The notes beneath the pieces were generated by a model. The model was not told where the DNA came from. It saw only the letters and a list, made by a program, of their open reading frames with translations, and searched no databases. DNA of 63,065 bases, counting the filler, from Thraustochytrium aureum (Eukaryota), in the NCBI GenBank assembly GCA_012862495.1. It is 5 parts of 3 records of this genome, joined end to end, with 100 filler letters (N's around TTAATTAATTAA, not from the genome) between each part and the next. Parts side by side here need not be neighbours in the genome. Positions count along the whole stretch, not along the records: positions 17,676 to 36,235 come from BLSG01000126.1; positions 36,336 to 50,461 come from BLSG01000126.1; 3 more parts are not named here. One strand, written 5' to 3'. Position numbers and translations under genes: made by a program. The stretch's first letter is position 1, and the number at the start of each line of letters is the position of its first letter. Below are positions 34,370 through 42,342 of the stretch, piece after piece.

Positions 34370-36118
34370 TCAGTGCAATTCCACAGTCGAGACCGCCACG
34401 CCGTCGGGCGCGGCTGGGGACGGCGGAGCCTCGTGCATGTCCACGGAGGAGGACGCGGCGAGACGGGTCGGCAGCGCGATTGGCGACAAATCTTCGCCGC
34501 CGGTCGCGCATTCTTGCGGCGAGTCCTTGAGCGCGACGCCCTTCGTCTCCACGGGAAGGAGCAGTGATGCCATGGTCGCCGTACCCGTGAAGGCGCAAAA
34601 CACAAAGACGGCGAGATCTGACTCGCCGCGCTCGACGAGGTCCGCGCCAACAAAAGGCGCGAGCATGCCGCCGACGCGCGAGAACGAGTTGGCCAGCCCA
34701 AACGCCGTCGTCCGCATCGAGGTCGGATAGACCTCGGGGGTATACACATAGGTGAGCACAAAGGCGGCCGTGATGAGCGCCCGAGCAAAAAAGAGACAAG
34801 CGGTGACTGCCGGAGAAGGCCCTTCCGGCAAGAAAAACATGAAAACGAGAGCAGCAAAAGCGCCCCCAAAGCAAAGCGCCTGCGAATACTTGCGCCCCAG
34901 CGTGTCCACCAAGTAGGCCGCGAAGAGCGTGCCCGGAAGCTCCGAAATGGTCGCGATAAACACGGCCACGAAAGCGCTCGAGTCGCGGAACGGCGAAAGC
35001 GTATCCGGATCGCAATAGGCCACGTCGTCGGGGCTCCCAAGCCCTCGAAGAACACGCGTAGAGTTGGAATCGGACCTGCTGGCGGCGTCGCCGCCATCGC
35101 CGCCCACCACGGCCAAGGAGGTTGTGAGCAGCACGATGCCATAGTACGAGAACGCGTTGGTAAACCACAGAAACCACAGAAACAGCGTCAACCGGCGAAA
35201 CGCCGGCGAGAAAACGCCACGGACGGCGTGCAAGCAGTCCAGGGGGTTGCCGCTGCCGCGATTGGGGTCCATTCCATGCTGCCTGAGCGATCCGTTCTGC
35301 GGGAGGGATTTCCCGTTGGTCTTAGCCAGCTTGCGCAGAACTTCATACGCCTCGGCGTGGCGACCCGACGCGGTCAAGTACCGGGGCGAGATGGGCACAA
35401 AATTGAAGACAAACAGAAATGCGCCAAGAAAGACTGGGACAGACGAGGCGAGCAGGAGGGTGCGCCACGCGCCCTTTGACTCTGACAGCCCGAAGATCAT
35501 CCAGGCGAGGCTCACTTCAAGCATGGTCCCGAAGCTCCAGAACAGCTCGATGAGGATACCCCAGCGCCCGCGGTGGGATGTTGGCAAGAACTCCATCACG
35601 TAGGCAAACCCGATGCTCGAGCCGCCCAGCATGACGCCCATCAGGCCGCGAACAAGCAGCAGCTGCCCGTAGCTGCGAACTGCAGCGCTCGCTAAGCCGA
35701 GCACTGCTGAGCACGTCGCCAGCCACTTGAGGGCAAGCCGGCGCCCGAACTGGTCCGCCACAACGCCGCACAGGTATGCTCCAAGCAGCATGCCAAGGAA
35801 CACGACAGTGGTCAGCAACGCCTCTTCCTCGTGGGAGATTCCCCATTCGCACACCACGCTGGGCCCAAGAAATGACAAAAGCATCATCTCCATCGCGTCG
35901 GCGCTCAGAAGAAGGCCCGCAACGGCAATCACCCGGACTTGCGCCGGGCCAAAGCCAATCTCGTTCATGCACTCTTCAACCTCCATCTCCTGATTGAGCA
36001 TTTCGGGTTCCACCGACGGCTCGCTTCCGCTCACCGAAGCACAAGCCAAACGCGTGCCGCCCTCGCTCGCTTCGAGCGTCATGGCACGGTCAACAGTCAA
36101 GTACCGCGCACTGCCCAT
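34370..36118 (-). CDS. MFS transporter, SV2-related (SVOP / organic cation transporter-like)
   Basis: IGFGPAQ, ADAMEMMLLSFL, motif A GVVADQFGRR, EFLPTSHRG, SPRYL, YYGIVLLTT, YVYTPEVYPTSMRTTAFG, LPVETKG; about 12 TM helices. Confidence 0.92.
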   Translation of the reverse strand: MGSARYLTVDRAMTLEASEGGTRLACASVSGSEPSVEPEMLNQEMEVEECMNEIGFGPAQVRVIAVAGLLLSADAMEMMLLSFLGPSVVCEWGISHEEEALLTTVVFLGMLLGAYLCGVVADQFGRRLALKWLATCSAVLGLASAAVRSYGQLLLVRGLMGVMLGGSSIGFAYVMEFLPTSHRGRWGILIELFWSFGTMLEVSLAWMIFGLSESKGAWRTLLLASSVPVFLGAFLFVFNFVPISPRYLTASGRHAEAYEVLRKLAKTNGKSLPQNGSLRQHGMDPNRGSGNPLDCLHAVRGVFSPAFRRLTLFLWFLWFTNAFSYYGIVLLTTSLAVVGGDGGDAASRSDSNSTRVLRGLGSPDDVAYCDPDTLSPFRDSSAFVAVFIATISELPGTLFAAYLVDTLGRKYSQALCFGGAFAALVFMFFLPEGPSPAVTACLFFARALITAAFVLTYVYTPEVYPTSMRTTAFGLANSFSRVGGMLAPFVGADLVERGESDLAVFVFCAFTGTATMASLLLPVETKGVALKDSPQECATGGEDLSPIALPTRLAASSSVDMHEAPPSPAAPDGVAVSTVELH

Positions 36119-36235
36119 ACGGCACAGCGATCACCGCCCAGTTGCGCCAGTTTCGCCGTAGCAGCGATCCCCGTCCAGTCGCGCCAGTTTCGCCGCAGCA
36201 CAAGCCCTCTCCACGGCCTCGGTGTCCAGTTTGGC

Positions 36236-36335
36236 NNNNNNNNNNNNNNNNNNNNNNNNNNNNNNNNNNNNNNNNNNNNTTAATTAATTAANNNNNNNNN
36301 NNNNNNNNNNNNNNNNNNNNNNNNNNNNNNNNNNN
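36236..36335. other. Artificial scaffold spacer
   Basis: 44N-TTAATTAATTAA-44N. Confidence 0.97.
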
Positions 36336-36719
36336 TAGGCCCCCACAGTCAGCGCCCGCTCCTATCTGGTTGTTACGAGCTCAGACCCAGCAACGCGGCA
36401 AGTGGACAACACCAGCGCCGTGCTTCTCATGGAGCCAGCCGCGATACTCGGTGAGCACTATCGCTCTTGGCTTCGTGCGCACCAGCGGCGGCACCTCCGC
36501 GCCACTGGCTCTGCACCGCAATGGGTAAAAACAGAACCACAGCGAGGACCCAACAGATCGGACGGCCATGGCCGTTTTCCTCAGTTCAAGCTTCCAGTTC
36601 CAGGTTGCAGTAAGCCTACGCAGAGCACGCACACGTCATGGGTTGAAGTGCTCCTGGGCTGGATGACGACAGGCACCGCTTGGGCACCGCCAATTTTTTT
36701 GCTTGCTGTTAAAACGGAC

Positions 36720-38579
36720 TCAAGCCGCGTCAGGGGCCGCAGCGGACCCGCGCGCAAAAAAACCGTCGAGGCTTGCTTGCTTTTTCTTGGAGAAGAACGA
36801 GTCCGCGGGCTCGCGCTTGACCTTGCTCGCCTTGAATCGTATGTATTTCTGGCTCAGCGCCTTGATTTGGTTGACCAGGTTCAAGACAAGCCCAATGAAA
36901 ACGGAGTTGCCGGTTGGGAACCGATCCAGAGCGAGGCAAAGGTTTTGGTAGATGGCCTCACGCAGCGGGATGTCTCCCGGCTCCACCTTGCCGTGCACGG
37001 CGAGCAAAAGCTCGCTCACCGCCTTGACCAGCACGTTTAGAGTGCGGCACACCACTGGCGGCAGCTCGACTTTGCCTGTGTTGCCGACCGTGTCGCCCAT
37101 GGTCTGAATAATCTGGTCGGTCAAGGCCCGCGCAATGGCGAGCACCTCTGAGTTGCCCTCCGCTCGGATCACGTCAACAGACTTTGTGCCGCAAATCTGA
37201 GGCACGGCCAGGAGCTCGCACGCGGCTGGGATGTCTTTGGATACAGCCGCATTGTCGAAAAGTGAGGCGAGCACCATCGCTTGTTTCAGCATAGCGCAGC
37301 GCGGCCGATCTTGGCGGATCTGCGCAGCGATGCAGAGCGCAAGGTCGACTTTCATCGTTGCGAGGTCCTCGGCCTGCCCCGGGCTCTCGCTCTCCTGAAC
37401 GGGGCTCTGCCGAGGCGTTGTGGGCGGCCCTTTCTCGGCGCTCCCAAGAAAACCGAGGACCTCCAGAGCGACAAGGTGCAGTTGCTCTGGTGTCGCGAGG
37501 GCGTCGGGGAGGGCATCGAGCAGCGCTTCCACGGCGTGGCTCGCGCTCGTTGCGCAGACAGAGAGCGCCACTGGGTCGACCATGAGCAGCATTAGGCGCG
37601 CGGCAAGGCCGCGCACGGCGGCTGCCTGCGACGCTCCGTCGCCTCCAAGGTCCAGGTGTTTGGCCAAGGAGCAAATCTCCAAAAGCTGCACGACGTAGTG
37701 CAGGTTGCCGCTGGCCTCACCGTCCTCCACGGGCTCCAGCACCCGGCCAGACTGCTTGATTGCTGCAAGCCTTGCGCTGGCGGGCCGCATCCCGCACCAT
37801 TCTAGGAGCTCGGTGAAAAGAGCGCACGTCGGCTTCCACAGCGGGCGCGGCGTTGCGGCTTCCAGGGGCGCTCGCCCGTTTCCCTCCATAAACTCCTGCA
37901 CGGCGCGCGGCCAGCCGGACACGGCGTTCAAGCTCGTGAGGTCCGGCTTGCCGACGATCAACGAGGCGAGGTTGGCTACGGCGAGTTCAGCAAGCGCGTC
38001 GGAGGTATGGCCGACAGCGACGCCAACAAGCCAGAGGCAAACATCCAGAGGGCATGGGGCGCCGTGCTCCGCGGAGAGAAGCGCTGGTATGCGCGTAGCC
38101 AGGATTGGGCCCGTGTTGACCTCCTCGGCGATGTCGCGACGGAGCGCTGCCCAAACCTCGTCACGCGCCTCGGCGCCCTCCTGGGGAGCCGGGGCGGGCG
38201 ACGATGGAAGTGGCCTGTCTCGGCCCAAGTCTTCGTGGGCAAAGGAGCAAAGCATGCCGAGCTGGATCCACTTTTGCCGCACGACGGCGTCGATGTTGTT
38301 GCTTTGACTCGTCCCACCGCCGATCTTGGCCAGTTCGGCCGAGTGCTGCAGGTTCATTTTCCGATCGCGCTCTTCTTGCGCGAGCTTTTCGGCCGCCAGT
38401 CGTTCTCGCCTCTTCTTCTCCTCAGCAAGAAACCCATCCAGGTCCGTCAGAGACGCGGCCTGCTGCGGCTTGCTGCGCGTGGGCACAGTCCGTCGCAGCC
38501 TTCCGGCCGTCTTCATCTCGCGCTCCCGCGCCGTCAGGAGGAAGTCCTTGTCCTCATCGTCAGACGACGAGTCGCTCAT
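36720..38579 (-). CDS. Helical nuclear protein, putative SLF2/FAM178/Nse6-like (SMC5/6 loader), with C-terminal PIP box
   Basis: CPLDVCLWLVGVAVGHTSD, LWKPTCALFTELLEWCG and NLHYVVQLLEIC resemble the SLF2 CANIN domain. QASLDGFF near the C-terminus fits QxxLxxFF. The CDS is secure; the family is tentative. Confidence 0.55.
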   Translation of the reverse strand: MSDSSSDDEDKDFLLTAREREMKTAGRLRRTVPTRSKPQQAASLTDLDGFLAEEKKRRERLAAEKLAQEERDRKMNLQHSAELAKIGGGTSQSNNIDAVVRQKWIQLGMLCSFAHEDLGRDRPLPSSPAPAPQEGAEARDEVWAALRRDIAEEVNTGPILATRIPALLSAEHGAPCPLDVCLWLVGVAVGHTSDALAELAVANLASLIVGKPDLTSLNAVSGWPRAVQEFMEGNGRAPLEAATPRPLWKPTCALFTELLEWCGMRPASARLAAIKQSGRVLEPVEDGEASGNLHYVVQLLEICSLAKHLDLGGDGASQAAAVRGLAARLMLLMVDPVALSVCATSASHAVEALLDALPDALATPEQLHLVALEVLGFLGSAEKGPPTTPRQSPVQESESPGQAEDLATMKVDLALCIAAQIRQDRPRCAMLKQAMVLASLFDNAAVSKDIPAACELLAVPQICGTKSVDVIRAEGNSEVLAIARALTDQIIQTMGDTVGNTGKVELPPVVCRTLNVLVKAVSELLLAVHGKVEPGDIPLREAIYQNLCLALDRFPTGNSVFIGLVLNLVNQIKALSQKYIRFKASKVKREPADSFFSKKKQASLDGFFARGSAAAPDAA

Positions 38580-38791
38580 CGCAGCGACCCAGGACCGTCG
38601 CCAGCCAGCAAGCCAACCAGCCAGCCAGCCAGCCCGCCCGCCCGGAAGCCGCGCTCCTGCGGGTCTAGGTTCCTCCTCCGCGCCCCGTGCCCCTCCCCCA
38701 CGCAGCAAAAACGGCAGCGCCGCGCACCTCCTGCCGCGTCCGCGCGCGCTCAGCGTCTGCCGGCTGCTCGCCCAACGCATTTTGAAAGTAT

Positions 38792-38853
38792 GTTAGGGTG
38801 CAGGTTAGGGCGCCAGGTTCTCTCCGTTAGGGTATTCTCCCGATAGGTTAGGG
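38792..38853 (+). promoter_or_regulatory. Cluster of four spaced GTTAGGG telomere-like (telobox-like) motifs
   Basis: TTAGGG at 38793, 38805, 38827 and 38848, about 210-270 bp upstream of the 38579 ATG. Confidence 0.45.
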
Positions 38854-39962
38854 TACATTGCAAAACTGTGTCTGGTAACATTTCAAGTTGTTCTGGGCAT
38901 TCTGCCGGCCGTACGGGACCAGTGAAAGAGCAGTTCGGCTGTTCTTTCTGGGAGTCTTGTTCCTTTCCTTTTTGGTTGATGGACTACGAAACGTTCTTTT
39001 TTTCAACTTTTCCTGTGAAGGGAGGCAGGCCTCTCAAGAGCTCTCCACACTGGCGACTCCTGAAGGCCCTCAGGCTCCACGCCCTCTCTCTACTAGAGAG
39101 CCACTACCGGTAGGAGAGGGCACTCTCTCTCTAGTAGAGCTACTCTCTCTCTCTACTAGTAGCTCTAGAGAGCTAGTAGAGCGAGAGACAAAAAGCTGGA
39201 AGGGAATATGTACGTAGGGGGACCCGCTGCTCCCAGCCGGGCGGTGAAGGAAGGGAACTCGTGTCCGGTACAGTGACAGTACACACCCACGGTCACTGAG
39301 AGTACTCTACTCTTCTACCTAGGCTACCAATTGTAATTGTACCTACTCTTCTCGGTAGAGTACTCACTCTACCACACACCTTCCGGCTCCGGCAACATGG
39401 GCGAGTCACTGAGGAGTGGCGCAGTCCTCGGCGCGCTCCGCGGAGAGTGCCTGGCCTGGCGGTTGGGAGGGGAGCGGCGAGGCTTGTTTGCTGCTGCGTT
39501 GCCACTGGCGTGCACCAAAGGAGCGCTCGTTCGCTCGCCCGCAACCCGCATGTACTTGTAAACGACGGTTATGTCTCCGACGGCGAGCCGCGCGTGCAAG
39601 GCCCCGTCGGAACGGCTTTCACACGAAAGATCGGATCGGAAACGAGACTGTCCGGCACCAGCCGACCGAGACGGCGTTGCGTTTCGCCTCCAATGATGCC
39701 GACTGGGGTCGAGCGAGCGGGGCCGCCCCAAGTACACACTTGCAACTTGCAGCGCTGGCTTTGCTCCTCTGCTTCTGGTTTTGCTCCTCTGCCTCTGCTC
39801 TGCTTCTGCTCCGAGCAGCAGCGCAGTTCCCCAACATTGGAACAGAAGCGACACTGCGAGCGTCCGCTAAACTACGGCGAGCGCGTCAGGTCAACGCTGA
39901 GCACAACACGCGCCGGCCTCGAAAACCAGCGCCAGGAAGCGAGCCGGCCTTGGTGCCTCGAC

Positions 39963-40913
39963 ATGCAGCAGGGCAACGCAGAGACGGCCGCTTTTGCGGA
40001 GCCTCCCACGGCCGTGCCGACGGCCCTCCTGCGCCCGCAGAGCCGCGCTGCGCTCGTCGAAGCCCAAGTGGACCTGGAGGCGAGCAGCTCGAATGTCATC
40101 ATCATCGCTAGCCTGGTCCGGCGATCGCGACGCCAGAGCATATACGCAAGCAGCGTGGAGGCGGAGCAATTTAGACGGGAGCTGAACATTGTAGACCTAG
40201 CACCCGACGACGAGCTCAACATTGACGTGCTCAGCAAAGACTCGCTGGAGGTCCCGAAAATTGAGCAGCTGTCGATGCTGGTGAGATTCAGATTGAAGCT
40301 ATTGGTGCCCTTCGCTCGCGGCACCGTGCAAGTGCCTCTCGAGCTTGCCGCCGCGCGCACCCTCCTGAAACGGACCATGCAGAGCCTGGACACAGCCTGC
40401 CACAACGCGGACAATGCTCGGGCCCAAGCCTGCCAGCGCAGTGACAGAATCAGGGCCATCGCCTCAAAGCAAGGCGTCGATTGGCAGGGGCTAACGACCG
40501 CACTTGACAGACTCAAGGAAGGCAGCGGTGCGCGCGAACTAAAGCGTTTAATGAAGAGTGTGGAGACCGCCTGGGACACCGAGTACGAAAGGAACCATCA
40601 GCATCGGCGGATCTTGGATATGGAGTGCCGCAGGTCGCGCAGTCTCCTTCGCGACCCAGAGGAGCGCGAGGGCCAGCCCGACCGTCACGTGGAACACCTC
40701 CGCATCCGGCAAGATCGCGTGCAATGCCACGCAGAGAAGCTTGCCAACTTCGCAGGTGACCTTTGCGCAAAACTCGAAGAAAGGCAGAGCCAAATCGAAC
40801 AGGAACTGAGGGATGCCGAGAGCTGCGCCATGGAAGCCTTTCGCATGTTCCTGACCTCCCACGGCAGCGACGAGGGGTGGGCTCTGTTCGAAGAGCTTTC
40901 GGCCTCGACGTGA
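39963..40913 (+). CDS. Hypothetical coiled-coil protein
   Basis: Open frame with helical, charged composition. Start codon uncertain. Confidence 0.6.
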   Translation: MQQGNAETAAFAEPPTAVPTALLRPQSRAALVEAQVDLEASSSNVIIIASLVRRSRRQSIYASSVEAEQFRRELNIVDLAPDDELNIDVLSKDSLEVPKIEQLSMLVRFRLKLLVPFARGTVQVPLELAAARTLLKRTMQSLDTACHNADNARAQACQRSDRIRAIASKQGVDWQGLTTALDRLKEGSGARELKRLMKSVETAWDTEYERNHQHRRILDMECRRSRSLLRDPEEREGQPDRHVEHLRIRQDRVQCHAEKLANFAGDLCAKLEERQSQIEQELRDAESCAMEAFRMFLTSHGSDEGWALFEELSAST

Positions 40914-41218
40914 GAGTTGGCGGACAGGTGCGGTCGTGAGCCACGCAGATTATCTGACCATTTAATGATTGACATATGAGAAAGAATTGTCTGAGTAGAG
41001 TATCCCTTCCATTTTTTTGGCCTTGCCCTCTTGATGCTCTGCTCTTGATGCTCAAGCTGAAGGCCCGTGGTTCTTTGGCAGCACAAGCCTGCCAAAGAGC
41101 GAACTGCGCCACCATCGGGCATGGCTTCAAGCTGCTCCTGTTCTCCGTTCGCCGTGCAGCATGCAGACGGCTCAACCACGGGACCCGCGAGACGCCCGCA
41201 CCCAGGTTTACATCAAGA

Positions 41219-42321
41219 TCAGCCGAGCGAAAGCCCGTTCGCTATCCTCTCGAGCGCGGCAGCGCGCTTGCCAGAGTCGTCTAAAAAGTCGTCCATAATA
41301 TCTGCCTGGTTTGAGAGGAACGCGGATTCGTGGTCGCTCGACGTCCCCGTCTCGCGAGCCTGCCGCGCCACCTCGAGCAGGTCCGTGTTGAGCTTGTCGC
41401 GCAGCAAGTTAATGAGGTCCGCGCGCTGCAGCTCGCGGCATAGCGACTCGTAGCTCGCGTCACTCTCGCGCTTTCTGTCCTGGCTTTTCTCGCGCCGCCG
41501 CAGCGCTTGCNNNNNNNNNNNNNNNNNNNNNNNNNNNNNNNNNNNNNNNNNNNNNNNNNNNNNNNNNNNNNNNNNNNNNNNNNNNNNNNNNNNNNNNNNN
41601 NNNNNNNNNNNNNNNNNNNNNNNNNNNNNNNNNNNNNNNNNNNNNNNNNNNNNNNNNNNNNNNNNNNNNNNNNNNNNNNNNNNNNNNNNNNNNNNNNNNN
41701 NNNNNNNNNNNNNNNNNNNNNNNNNNNNNNNNNNNNNNNNNNNNNNNNNNNNNNNNNNNNNNNNNNNNNNNNNNNNNNNNNNNNNNNNNNNNNNNNNNNN
41801 NNNNNNNNNNNNNNNNNNNNNNNNNNNNNNNNNNNNNNNNNNNNNNNNNNNNNNNNNNNNNNNNNNNNNNNNNNNNNNNNNNNNNNNNNNNNNNNNNNNN
41901 NNNNNNNNNNNNNNNNNNNNNNNNNNNNNNNNNNNNNNNNNNNNNNNNNNNNNNNNNNNNNNNNNNNNNNNNNNNNNNNNNNNNNNNNNNNNNNNNNNNN
42001 NNNNNNNNNNNNNNNNNNNNNNNNNNNNNNNNNNNNNNNNNNNNNNNNNNNNNNNNNNNNNNNNNNNNNNNNNNNNNNNNNNNNNNNNNNNNNNNNNNNN
42101 NNNNNNNNNNNNNNNNNNNNNNNNNNNNNNNNNNNNNNNNNNNNNNNNNNNNNNNNNNNNNNNNNNNNNNNNNNNNNNNNNNNNNNNNNNNNNNNNNNNN
42201 NNNNNNNNNNNNNNNNNNNNNNNNNNNNNNNNNNNNNNNNNNNNNNNNNNNNNNNNNNNNNNNNNNNNNNNNNNNNNNNNNNNNNNNNNNNNNNNNNNNN
42301 NNNNCTATGCAGTTTGTTCAT
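41219..42321 (-). CDS. Hypothetical protein, mostly in gap
   Basis: Open frame from the gap edge (QALRRREKSQDRKRESDASYESLCRELQRADLINLLRDKL...) to TGA at 41219. Candidate ATG at 42321. Confidence 0.45.
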
Positions 42322-42342
42322 GGTGCCGGTGAGGCAGCGGGC

